NCBI GenBank assembly: GCA_001275005.1
Contig: JWZX01002919.1
Location: 1 to 53,885, forward strand
DNA: 53,885 bases
Reading direction: 5' to 3'
Source: Chrysochromulina tobinii
Lineage: Eukaryota
Position numbers and translations under genes: made by a program. Positions 42,905 to 53,663 of this stretch are shown here, one piece after another. The notes under the pieces were generated by a model, which saw only the letters and a program-made list of their open reading frames with translations, searched no databases and was not told where the DNA came from. Each line of letters starts with the position of its first letter. Position 1 is the stretch's first letter.

Positions 42905-45774
42905 ATGTTGACTCTTTTTGACTTTATCGCTGTCGCCGCAGCCGCGCGCACCGACTACATCCTCTCGTACGACTGGAAGTTTGCTTCCGAGAGTTTTCCG
43001 AAGCCCGAGAACTGCAGCGCCTCCAAGTTTCCGGTCGATCTCACAGACAAGCAGTGCTTTGGCCTCAAAAACCAAGCCCAGGTTGCTGATGAGGAGACGT
43101 GCCGCCAGACGTGCTGCGGCAGCGACGAATGCACCGTCTGGCAGTGGTGCCGCCCAGGACATGCCTGCAGCCCTGCCAATTCGTGCTGGACGGGCGACGA
43201 TGTCGACGTCTACTCGTGCACCTCCACACAATCCGGTTGGGCCTCTTCAGGCCGAGGGAATGGTCCGGGCCCGGCGCCGACACCGCAGCCGGGCGACAAG
43301 TGCGCCGATGGCTCGTGGTGTTCGGCGTCCTATGACGACGCGGCATGGCGCAACATCACGCTTCCGCACGACATGGTCGTCGAGGGTGTGTTCACCGAGA
43401 CCGCCGACAAGTCGCACGGCTATCTGCCCTCTGCGATCGGCCGATATCGCAAGCGCTTTGAGGTGCCGGCGAGCGCGCATGGCATGCATGTGCGCCTCGA
43501 CTTCGAGGGTGCGATGGCCAAATCGATCGTCTACCTCAACGGCGTGTGCCTCGGCGGCCACGGCTCCGGCTACACGCCCTTTGGCTTCGAGCTCTCGGCG
43601 GCGAACGTGAGCAAGCTCGTGCGTTACGGCGCGACCAACGTGCTCGCTGTGCACGTTGACAGCCAGGTGGATGACTCGTGGTGGTATGACGGAGGCGGAA
43701 TCTACCGCAACGTGTGCCTCACGGTCACGCCGCCGCTCCACTTTGAGCAGTGGGGCGTATATGCACCGTCCATCGTCGCGGAGCACACGATCTCAGTCGA
43801 CGCGACCACAGCACAGGCGATGCTGTACCCGTCAATCGAGGTGGTCAATGACGGCCCGGGCGCGATCAGCTTCACGCTCACCTCCATCGTCTCGTTCGGC
43901 GGCGCCGAGGTGGGCCGTGCCGTCAGCGTCGGCTTGATCGCCACCGCCCAGGACCGTGCCACCCTCAACCAAACCATCGACCTCGGCACAGCCCACCTGT
44001 GGGGCATCACGCACCCGAACCTGTACACGCTCACGACCATCCTCACGCCCATCGAGCCCGTTGAGGCGGCAGACACGCAGGCATCGGACGTGCTCAACAC
44101 GACGTTCGGCGTGCGCACCATCCGCTTCGATGCGACGAACGGCTTCTTCCTCAACGGCCAGGCAACAAAGATCCTCGGCTGCGCCAACCACCAGGACATC
44201 GCAGGGCTCGGAACGGCCGTACCAGACGCGCTGCAGGCGTACCGCATCACGGCGCTCCAAGAGTTTGGCGCAAACGCGTGGCGCACGGCGCACAACCAGC
44301 CCAGCAAGGCGCTGCTCGAGGCGGCCGACCGGCTCGGCTTCCTCGTTTGGGATGAGAACCACCACAACGGACAGCCGTATGAGATGGAACTACTCATTCG
44401 GCGCGAGTGCGCGAGACCCCTTCACACAGCGCTCCTGATGCACCCGCCCGTGTACTCTCGCGCATCCCTATTGCTAACCGTTGCTTCGATCCGATCGCCC
44501 TCGCTCGCGCGTGCCTCCTCGGCAGCCGCAACCACCCATCGATTGTGATCTGGTCGTTGTGCAACGAGGTGCTCTGCGAGACGAACAACAAGACGGCCGA
44601 TGGCCTGATCGCCATGGGCGTGATCCACAAGTGGGATCCGCTCGGCAACAGACCCGTCTCCGCCAACAATAACGACTTGAACGGCCCTCAGACCATCCTC
44701 GACCTCCAGGGCTTCGACTACGCCACCGGAAGCTACGACGATTGGCACAAGCGCGCGCCCACGATCCCAGCCATCAGCTCCGAGACTTCGAGCGCGTACG
44801 GCGACCGTGGCGAGTACAAGAATGATCCCGCGAGCGGTCATGTGACAGGGTACGATACGGAGAACCCTAGTTGGGGGCAGACGACTGAGGTGGCATGGTC
44901 GGCCATCCTCACCCGAAGCTTCATGTCGGGCGGTTTCACGTGGACGGGATGGGATTACAAAGGCGAGCCAACGCCTTACCAGTGGCCAAACATCAACTCC
45001 CACTTCGGTATCCTCGACATCGCAGGCTTTTGGAAGGATCGCACCTATTGGTACTCAGCCTACTACAAGCCCGAGCAGCCTCAGACGCACGTCTTCCCAC
45101 ACTGGTCTTGGGCGACGGCCGCCGAGCCGGCCGCGCCGCACCGCGTGCCGTGCGAGGGCCTGTGCCACCGAACGCAAAGCAACGGCCAGACTGTGGATCT
45201 CTGGGTCTACACCAACGGCGTGGAGGCCGAGCTTTTTGTCAACAACGCGTCGCTCGGCCGCAAGCCCGTGGCAAAGTACTCCCACGCACAGTGGTCGGCA
45301 GTGCCCTATGTGGCTGGTCGCGTCGAGGCACGATCGTACGCGCAAGTCGGTGACGTGGAGCCCAGCTCGACGGATGTCATCGAGACCGTTGGGCCCGCAA
45401 CCGCGTTGGTCATGCGCCCTGCGGCCAACCTCGCGCCCGGCGCGGCGCTGCCGGCCAATGGTGTGGACGTCGCGTTCTTCCATGTTTCGGTCGTCGATGC
45501 TGCTGGGCGTCTAGTTCCCGGCGCTGCACACAACGTGACCTTTTCCGTCAGTGGGCCGGGCGCTGTGGTGGGCACTGGCAACGGTGACCCCTCCTCCCAT
45601 GTGCCCGATCACGCGCCCGCTCGGCCCGCGTACCACGGTCTCGTGCTCGGCATCGTCAAGGCGGATGACACAGGCGAGGCAGCCGAGATGAACGTCACCG
45701 CATCTGCGATGGGCCTCACGCCAGCCATGCAGACGCTCAAGGTCGAGCGAGGCGAACGCAAGCCACGGCTGTGA
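42905..45774 (+). CDS. Secreted glycoside hydrolase family 2 (beta-galactosidase-like) (exons 42905-44406, 44526-45774)
   Basis: LPHD, YRKRF, GYTPF, WWYDGGGIYRNV, FGVRTIRFD, GANAWRTAHN, RDRNHPSIVIWSLCNE (formed across GT-AG intron 44407-44525), SSE and WTGWDYKGEP. Confidence 0.93.
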
Positions 45775-46299
45775 CGTGTGAGAGCACGGTTGTAAGACCT
45801 GCGAGGTGAGAGCGATTCAGACCCGATTCAGACCCGTGTCACGAGGCAGGGCAGGTGCCATGCTGTCGAAGTTCTCGGATATCGAGATTTGCCGGGGCGG
45901 GGTCCGGACGAATCGTGGGCCGTGGGCTGGCGGGCCACGCCGCGCCGGCCGCCGGGACGGTTCGGTTGCGCGCGGCGGTTGCGGATTTATCAGTACACAC
46001 CGCACTAGAAGAGTAGAATTTTGTCGGATACCGAGACGGCGGACGTACGTGGAATGGAGGTGCATTCTGCATATCCCGATCCGGTCGCACTATGGATCGG
46101 ATCAATCCAAGTATCAATCCCAAGCGAGAAGCGGCGAGCGTGGCGTGGTGCGCGCGCTCTTCGAGCGATGCCCCTATCTGGTCCTTTTCTGGTCCCGTGG
46201 TCCCCTTCTTTCTAATGACCGGTCTATAGAAAGGACTCTCTATGTCTACGCTCAACGCTCGAGCACCCCGCATCGCACGGCTATCGAAGCAACGCCTCG

Positions 46300-47265
46300 T
46301 CATCCCTTCGACCCATTGTGGCCGCCACGGCCGCCAGCGCCACGGCCGCCGTGAGCCACCCCGGCGCGACGTGAGGGTCCGCCCCTGGGATAGGCGCCAG
46401 CCCAAGCCTCCTCGATCGAAGCCGCGGCGGCGGGGGGGCGCCGAAAGGAGAGCAGCCAGGCGTAAAGTGGAATCTCTGTCGGCTCCGAGCCTGGCGGATA
46501 GTAGGCGTTCACCCATGAGGCATGACCTTCCATTTCGGGTACTCCGGCTGCCTGCCAGGCATAGTCCGCTCCGGGTGCGGAATCGATCCGCGTGTACTTG
46601 AGAGGCGCTCGTTGTCCAGTGGCGCGGAGCGCTGCGACCGAGGCATCCGAGAGCAAGACGGGCAAGATGGAGTCGTTCGCTCCGTGGAAGGCCCAAACGG
46701 GCGTGCCGCTGAGAGCTGCTGCCATCTGTGAGACGTCTCGCTGCACAAAGCCGCCACAGACCGGGGCGATGGCGGCGAAGCGCGTTGCATATCGTACATC
46801 CGCAGCTAAGCCCCACGTCCCAATCCCACCTTGGCTCAATCCGGTCAGGTAAACTCGCGAACTGTCAAGGCTGAGCGAGGCCACGTACCGGTCGACGAGG
46901 CCCATTATGGATATTGCAACATTGTTGGAAAAGAATTGTGAAGTGAGTGGTTTTTGAGGCGAGAGCACAACAAAGGGAATCGAGTCCGGGTGACGGCCAG
47001 CGTGCTGCGGCGGGCCTTGCAAAGCAACCTGCTTCAGCGGCGCTGCGCCCGAGCTCTCACCCTGGCCATGTAGGAAGATTAAAAGCGGCCAGCCACCAGG
47101 GGGCGGTGTGCCCGAGGGCACGAAGATAAGATGTGGCAAGTCGCCGTCGATGGCCACCTGCTGCCCGGGCTGTGGTGAGTCGCCAGATTTGGGCAGCCAC
47201 CACATCGAGGACCAGTCTCCGCTCGTCTCGTAGCCTGCCAAGCTCGCAACTATCGCCGAGAACAT
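46300..47265 (-). CDS. Alpha/beta-hydrolase (phospholipase/carboxylesterase or peptidase-like)
   Basis: PLLIFLHGQGE, nucleophile elbow GLSQGG, FAAIAPVCG, WAFHGAND and GH catalytic His. Confidence 0.9.
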   Translation of the reverse strand: MFSAIVASLAGYETSGDWSSMWWLPKSGDSPQPGQQVAIDGDLPHLIFVPSGTPPPGGWPLLIFLHGQGESSGAAPLKQVALQGPPQHAGRHPDSIPFVVLSPQKPLTSQFFSNNVAISIMGLVDRYVASLSLDSSRVYLTGLSQGGIGTWGLAADVRYATRFAAIAPVCGGFVQRDVSQMAAALSGTPVWAFHGANDSILPVLLSDASVAALRATGQRAPLKYTRIDSAPGADYAWQAAGVPEMEGHASWVNAYYPPGSEPTEIPLYAWLLSFRRPPAAAASIEEAWAGAYPRGGPSRRAGVAHGGRGAGGRGGHNGSKG

Positions 47266-47344
47266 GTGACCGGCGGGTTGCGGCTCTGGGGACGAACGAG
47301 GCCTCCCAGCTCCCTAGAGTCGGCCGCCGTGTGAACGATAACAC

Positions 47345-49274
47345 GTTCACGTTCACGTTCGTTCACGTTTAATGATGGCAAGACGCACGACCACAGGTCC
47401 CGTGGAGACACAACGTGGAGGGCGCGAGGTGCGGCGCACACACACAGACGCGCCACACCCAACCACACGAACACCGAATCGACCAAAAACGAGGGGGGGC
47501 GGGGGTGTCAAGGGGGTGACGGAGCGGACCCAAAGGGAGTCCCGCTCGCGTTCACGGCCCTTGCCCGCGCGAACGTATAGAGGGTATTCCGCTACGCTTG
47601 CGCCCGGGCCCTTCCCCGTGAGGCTGACTCGGGGCACCACCCGGCCGTGCGAACGCCGGTCCTTGGCCTCGACTGAGCTCACGTACTGGTGCCTCCCCCT
47701 CCCTGTCTGCGCCCGGTTGATGCCCAATTGCCGCACCCGGTGCGTCGCCGCCGGAGTCAGCGGGTGCCTCGTCACTGTCCGAGTCGAACAAGGTGGGAGC
47801 TCGAGGGTCACGTTTGCCACGGCAAGCAGGCCCGGCCCGTCGCTTAGCAGGTCGGTCCGGGGCGCTTGCACGCTGCCCCCGGTTTCGTTTCGCCTTGACT
47901 CTGGGCGGAGGCGGAGCCGCCACTGGGAGGACGCCCTCAGGCGAGCATGCAGCGCAAAGGTCAAGTTGACACGTGTCACACCTGTAGATCCACGTGCCTT
48001 CGCGCAGAGTTCTGCGGCACCCACCATCGCATTTCAGCTGAAGGTGGGAGGGGGGTGCAACGACGAGGAACAGAATGCTATGTCCTCTGGGGCATCGAAT
48101 ACGCCCACGAAGGGCTCCCTCCTGTCCATCGTGTACAACGCACCCCAGGCAAATGTCGATATCACACCCGTGGCCTTCACACATCCACCTGAGATCGCCC
48201 TTCCCGATAGAGCGCCCACAAGGGCCATTGCACCGCACCTGAAAGCTCTGGGGTCCACCTCGAACGGGCGCTGGCACGAGGAAGTGGCCTCGAGTGCACA
48301 CGAATGGGGGCGGGGCTTGGTCAGCGGGGACGGGGGCGGCTGGCGTTGACGGTTCAAGAGGCCGAGATTGATTGCAGCGTCGGTCAAAATCCATGGCGGC
48401 AATAGTAGCTTCGACGGATGAGCGCATAGGTCTAGTCACTGCGGCGGACGCAAGGCGCGCCGCTTCCGCCAAGTCGTCTGCGGCCTCCCGCGCAACTCGA
48501 GCTTTTTCACGCCTTTGGGCATGTGCCGCCGCGCGCCCAGCCTGAGCCTCTTGTTTGCGTTGGCGGGCTTGAAGGGCAGCTTGTCGGACTGCTTCCACAC
48601 GAGCGTGCTTACGCCGCTCGATGGTGGGGTCAAAACCAGCATGACGCAGCCACACCAGCTTCCGCCGGTGCGAGCCAGCGATGGCGAGAAGCTTATCTTT
48701 GAGGTCGTAGAGTTTACCTGCAAGGGCCGTGACGAGTACGATGTAGTCGGCCCACTGGTCGTACGCTCGACACCCCGCGTCACGGCCGCCCTGTCTGTCG
48801 GGCTCGCTGGCCGGCACTCCGCGTACGCGAGGCGGTCTGTCAAGCACCTCTGGGCCTGCCATGGTTGTCCACAACCTGAGTGCGCGGAAGGCCCGGCGAA
48901 CCAAACAAGCCCCGTCCCACGTCTCCCGCAAACCACGTGAAGCCGTCCACACCGAGCGCGGAGCCGGTCGCTGAACGATGACGTCGCGGCCACGATAGCT
49001 GACGACGGTGGTGCGAACAGCGTTGACTTTGATCGCTGAGCCGTGTTTTGCCACGTGCGCCGCCTGGCGCCCCTCACGGAGGATAGCTGAAATCCACTTG
49101 AGGAAACCACGGCCGTAGCCCAGCGCCAAAGATCGCGCCGTCTCTTTGGACTCAAGGACCCGTTGAGATCGGGGCGTGTCGGGTAGGCCCAGCATAAACC
49201 GAAGTGCAGCGTGCTTTTCTCTGGGTCCGAGAGAATGGGCTTGACCAGATAGCGCCGCGAGCGCGTATCGCGCT
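47345..49274 (-). mobile_element. 5'-truncated non-LTR retrotransposon-like insertion (1930 bp) with 13-bp TSD and (AACGTG)n tail
   Basis: TGAACGATAACAC at 47332-47344 and 49275-49287. Tail AACGTGAACGAACGTGAACGTGAAC(GTG) on the minus strand. A single frame is open from the 5' junction to the stop at 47552 with no start of its own. No RT motif is present in the retained part. Confidence 0.8.
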
Positions 49275-49377
49275 TGAACGATAACACAACAGAACAGGGC
49301 CTGTGAATTAGAACGAGACACGAGAGCATTAACTGAACACTGACCAGTGACCACGCGCTTGACACATGTCTCCGGTC

Positions 49378-51156
49378 TCACACTACACCTGATTTCGGTG
49401 CGGTATCGCATCCGAGCTTGAAGCGGGCGGGCGGCAGCACGTCGGTGAAGAGCTCCTCGCGCTCAAAGTGCACCGTGATCTCCTCGTTCTGGATGCGGTA
49501 CGGGCAGGCAAAGAACTCAGTGCCGTTCGGGCTCTTCTGATAGAGCAGCTTGCCTTCGATGAATTTTGTACTCGCGAGAACGTTGGACGTCCACGCCTCT
49601 TGCCACACGAGCAGAAGGTAGAAGCACTGCGACTGCTCCCTTCGGCGCACTGTCGCGCGCCAAACACCGTGAACCGTGCGCTCGAGGCCAAAGAGGATGT
49701 CATCGTTCGCCCCGGTCTCCTCATCTAGAAGGGCCGCCAGGGGTGCGAACAGCGCCGCCGAGTGACCGGGGCTGTTCTTGTGCGGCCCGTGGTTCTGCCG
49801 CCGCAGCGTGCAGCGCTCGAGGGCTGAGGCGCACTCCCGCTGCGGCTTGATCCACCAAAAGTCGACTGTAGGGCGCCGCGGCGCCGACGGCTCTGGCGGC
49901 GCTTGCGGCGGCGCTTGCGGCGGCGCTTGCGGCGGCACTCGCAGCGGGGTGCGTGGCGCCTCGTCGTCATCCTCGGCCGCCAGAAGCTCATCAAGAGACG
50001 GCCGAACGTCTTCCTCGACGACGTCAACGACTGGGCGGCGGTGAGGCGGCGTTGAAGGCGGCGACTGGTCGGCTGCGGCGGCGGCGCCGGAGAGTATGGC
50101 GTCGAGTGACGGTCGTCGGGTCGGCACGCGCGGAGGCAGCGGCGCGCGCGGCGGCATCGCCGAGTACATGACAGCCTGCATGCCGGCGAACATAGATGGA
50201 CACGCGCCGAGAACGACGAAGAGAGGGTCGCCGTACGCGCCGACCACGTCGGCGTCCTGCACGGGCGGCGGCTCGCAACGAGCTATTTGCTCGAGCAGCT
50301 CGCGCACCCAACCGTAGTCTGAGGGCGTGTTCCGATTCCACAGAGTGGAGAGCTCCTCCTCCTCGCGCCTTTTGTGCTCCGTCTCTTTTCGCGGCGTCCA
50401 CTTCTGCGGCGACAGGCTGGTCATGCTCTTGCGCAGCGTGCGCAAGATCATCGAGGACCCACCTCCGCCGTCGGAGGCCGGTGCCAGCGGCGGCGGCGGC
50501 GCGCTGCCGGCTCCATCGCTCGTCTCCTCGCGCGTCATGATTCGCACCAAGTTCTTGGTAGAGAGGATGCTCGCCGGATAGAAGGAGGAGCGCGCGAGCG
50601 ACCTGCGCGAGCCATCACGTGCGAGCTGCGGGTGGGATTCGGGTGGCGCCTCCGCCGATGAGTCGGCCGACAGCGCCGGTGCGTTTGGTTGCTGGTCCGA
50701 ACCCGTTAGCGCCCTCGTGCCGTATTTTGATGTCGCCGGCGTGGTCGACACCAGATGCGCCGCGTAGGCACCAGCAAGGGCTGCAAGCACGAGCCACGGA
50801 AACTGGCCGAGCAGCAGAGCTGGCAGCTGCGCAAGTGGCGTCATCCGCCAGTTGATGAGCAAGGCTGCGACGGTTAATCCACCCAGGATGGCCTGCAGCG
50901 CCTCGCGATCCTCCAGTAATCGGTCCTGGGGGCTCGGCGGCACTGGCAGCGTCGGCACCGAGGCCGCCTTACGAAGCTTTTCCTGCTCTAAAGGAGAACT
51001 ACTTTGCCTGGTGATTGCAAGAGGGCCGCTGGCTGGCTGGGCAACGGAAGATGGAGGAGGCGGGATCTTTGTCTCCAGTTGCTCTGGAGCGTCCGGTTGT
51101 GCGACAAAACACGGCCGCGCAAGTCCTGTTAAACACGCCGCGATGGCTTCCAGCAT
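49378..51156 (-). CDS. Hypothetical membrane-anchored Pro-rich protein
   Basis: Long ORF from ATG 51156 with a hydrophobic hairpin (ILGGLTVAALLI..FPWLVLAALAGAYA), (PPQA)3 and a globular-looking C-terminus. Confidence 0.7.
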   Translation of the reverse strand: MLEAIAACLTGLARPCFVAQPDAPEQLETKIPPPPSSVAQPASGPLAITRQSSSPLEQEKLRKAASVPTLPVPPSPQDRLLEDREALQAILGGLTVAALLINWRMTPLAQLPALLLGQFPWLVLAALAGAYAAHLVSTTPATSKYGTRALTGSDQQPNAPALSADSSAEAPPESHPQLARDGSRRSLARSSFYPASILSTKNLVRIMTREETSDGAGSAPPPPLAPASDGGGGSSMILRTLRKSMTSLSPQKWTPRKETEHKRREEEELSTLWNRNTPSDYGWVRELLEQIARCEPPPVQDADVVGAYGDPLFVVLGACPSMFAGMQAVMYSAMPPRAPLPPRVPTRRPSLDAILSGAAAAADQSPPSTPPHRRPVVDVVEEDVRPSLDELLAAEDDDEAPRTPLRVPPQAPPQAPPQAPPEPSAPRRPTVDFWWIKPQRECASALERCTLRRQNHGPHKNSPGHSAALFAPLAALLDEETGANDDILFGLERTVHGVWRATVRRREQSQCFYLLLVWQEAWTSNVLASTKFIEGKLLYQKSPNGTEFFACPYRIQNEEITVHFEREELFTDVLPPARFKLGCDTAPKSGVV

Positions 51157-51334
51157 TGCCGGTAGGAATTCCAAACTTTTGTCTATTCACAGTTAATTGG
51201 TTGTAACCCCAGACGCCGGACCGGCGAACGATTTTTCACTGCGTTCGAATGATGTCGCTGCACGTGCAAGGGCGTGGAAAAATCGTTTCAGAGTGCTCGC
51301 CCTCGCTCGCGCCGCGTCGACTCGGTTACTGGAC

Positions 51335-51873
51335 ATGGCGGCCCGAGGCTCGCCCTTTGCAGCCGGGCCAAAGAGCCTCAAAATCGGCGAGTGTGCTCGA
51401 CCGAGCATCCAGTGGAAGCCGGGAATGGAGTGGAAGTCCAAAGCGCTCGATGTGCCAAACCCCAAGAGGTGCGCGCTGCCTGCGCCAACACGCAACAGAC
51501 CGCCTCACAACTCTAACGATCTCGTGCGCGTTGCTGCCGTTCCAGTGTGATATCGGATGTCTTCCCGTACTGTGGATTGACGGTGGATGCTATCAAATAT
51601 GATGGGTCTGACACCGCGAAGGCCTGGCTCAAGCACCCAGCCAATCAGATCCAGCTCGTTTCACTTCAGGGTGCGTACGATTTCGACGGCGATGGAGTGA
51701 CATCGAAAGATGAGTTCAGGAAACTCTTCAAAGCTACTGGCTCCAACGCCAATGCAGATCTTATTTTCGACCAACTCGACACGGATCGCTCAGGATTTCT
51801 CACCCAGGCTGAGATCAAGGCGCTTGGCCAGGATCGCACGGGCAAGGGAGCGCGGCGAGACGGAGGAAGATGA
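51335..51873 (+). CDS. Small EF-hand protein, 153 aa (exons 51335-51468, 51546-51873)
   Basis: GT-AG intron 51469-51545 keeps frame. Loops DFDGDGVTSKDEF and DTDRSGFLTQAEI. Confidence 0.8.
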
Positions 51874-52073
51874 TTGTCACCAGGCGGGAAGGCGGCTCAG
51901 AAAGCGGCCACGAGCGTTACACGAATGCGCACGCAGCATTGGACTGTAGTGGGGAGTCCTGCTTACAACGACCAAGCCCTTGATGCGACGTCATGCGGAT
52001 ACAAATAAGTACAAAAGTTACAAATCCACAAGTAACATACTAATTTAACTATAGTATCGGCATCGACACACAC

Positions 52074-52370
52074 ACATTTCGCCGACCGCTTTCGAGCAGG
52101 CGCGGGGAGGCGCTCTGGGAGCGGGTGGAGGCAGGGTCGGGTTCGCTGGGGGCGGCCTCTTCTGAGTCGGCCGCGGGGAGCGGTCGGCTCCGGGCCTGCG
52201 GCTGTTGAGTCGGCCGCGGCTTCGGTCGTCGCGCTGACGTGCTGGGTGTGTGTTGTTGGAACTGGGTTTGGATGGTTGTGAGGTTCGTCTGTGTGGTCTG
52301 TGTGCCTTTGTGCGTCCGCGTGTCCCGTGTGTCCCGTGTGCGTCCCGGCTCCCCCCGGTGTCTTTTTACC
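52074..52370 (+). mobile_element. Dispersed SINE-like repeat, copy 2
   Basis: Same termini and internal blocks as 36362-36732. Confidence 0.75.
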
Positions 52371-52452
52371 GGTGCTACGGCACTGTGTAAAAGCTCGATT
52401 AGGCGTCGACAAAAGCTACGTTCAGACAAAAGCGAGAGTGTGTGTGTCCACG

Positions 52453-53646
52453 ATGAAGATACATGGAGCGCTTCTCGCACGACTGATGATGCTCTTGGAC
52501 GACGTGGTTTCGGAACCTCCACGCACAGCAGCTGCTTGGATTCAGACCGTCTCCGGCAAACCTCCGCAAGAGGCTGCGCGCACGCTCAACACTGCGATTG
52601 CCCGAGTACCCGACTCAATGCCAGAATCAGACGCTATCATCGTGCTTGAGTGGATGGAAGAAGGTGAGCGCATGCGCGCGGCTCATGGCGAAGTCCAACC
52701 GCCACGACCAGACGTCGTCACATACGCGTGTGCTGCGAGCGCAGCTCTTGGAGCTGGCCTGCACGAAGTAGCCGATGAGATCCTCGCCCGTGGCGTGAGA
52801 CACGCACAGAGGTATCCGACACTCACAAAGAGAACGCCTCAGAAGAAGAAGAAAAAGAGAACAGGCGACCTGATCGGTGGACTCGCTATTCTCCATCAAG
52901 ATGATGACATCTTGCTCGTCAATAAACCGAATGGAATGCTAGCGCATGCTGTCGATGGTGAGGACGATGAGCCGACGGTGACGCAGTCGCTGATGGCAAT
53001 CGTGGACTCGCTGAAGCTTTCTCGGCTAGGCGGCATGCAGAGCTGCGGCATCGTGCATCGCTTAGACAAGGCTGTGAGTGGCGCCATGGTCGTTGCAAAG
53101 ACGGATCGCGCGCACGCTTCTCTGGTCCGTTCCTTTTTCTTACGAGAGGGTATCGACAAAGAGTACCTCGCACTAGTCGCCGGCCGGCCGGAAGCTGACG
53201 CCGCTGACATCGACAACGACGTCGACAGTCTGCCTGCGCACTCTCATTATGAGCTGCTCGGCACGAGCAGGCGATCAGACGGAGTCTCGTCGCTTCTTCG
53301 CGTACAGACCTCAACCGGGCGCAAGCACCAGGTACGCCGTCACCTGCAGTCCATTGGCTGCCCCATCTTCCTCGACCCGCTAGAGCCCGCCTTTGCGCAG
53401 ACAAGACGTGGCAAGAAGCGGGCAACTTCTCAGGCGGGTGCCCTCGGCGTCTCGGTTTCCACACAGCGCCGTGTACCAAAGCCTATTGCTGACGCTGCCG
53501 ATGGTGCTCCAGCAGGGGAGAGGATCTTTCTACATGCAGCACGTCTTTGCATTCAGCATCCACGGACGGGCTTGCAGCTCAGTGTGGAAGCACCGCCTCC
53601 AAAGTGGTGGGGTCCTGTGCTCGCCGACCTTGAGCTTAGCATCTGA
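52453..53646 (+). CDS. RluA-family RNA pseudouridine synthase with PPR-like N-terminal segment
   Basis: VNKPNGMLAH, catalytic HRLDKAVSG, KEYLALV, TGRKHQVRRHL and LHAARL. PDVVTYACAASA resembles a PPR motif. Start uncertain. Confidence 0.9.
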   Translation: MKIHGALLARLMMLLDDVVSEPPRTAAAWIQTVSGKPPQEAARTLNTAIARVPDSMPESDAIIVLEWMEEGERMRAAHGEVQPPRPDVVTYACAASAALGAGLHEVADEILARGVRHAQRYPTLTKRTPQKKKKKRTGDLIGGLAILHQDDDILLVNKPNGMLAHAVDGEDDEPTVTQSLMAIVDSLKLSRLGGMQSCGIVHRLDKAVSGAMVVAKTDRAHASLVRSFFLREGIDKEYLALVAGRPEADAADIDNDVDSLPAHSHYELLGTSRRSDGVSSLLRVQTSTGRKHQVRRHLQSIGCPIFLDPLEPAFAQTRRGKKRATSQAGALGVSVSTQRRVPKPIADAADGAPAGERIFLHAARLCIQHPRTGLQLSVEAPPPKWWGPVLADLELSI

Positions 53647-53663
53647 AGCCCTGCACAGAAACA

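Noticed and set aside
47552..49411. 619-aa ORF as a stand-alone host gene starting at 49411
   Set aside because: Its first ~45 codons lie outside the TSD-bounded insert and overlap the neighbouring gene end, so the start is fortuitous.
52074..52200. Hammerhead ribozyme in the SINE-like repeat
   Set aside because: The minus strand has CAGAAGAG rather than CTGANGA, and stems flanking GAAA do not fit.
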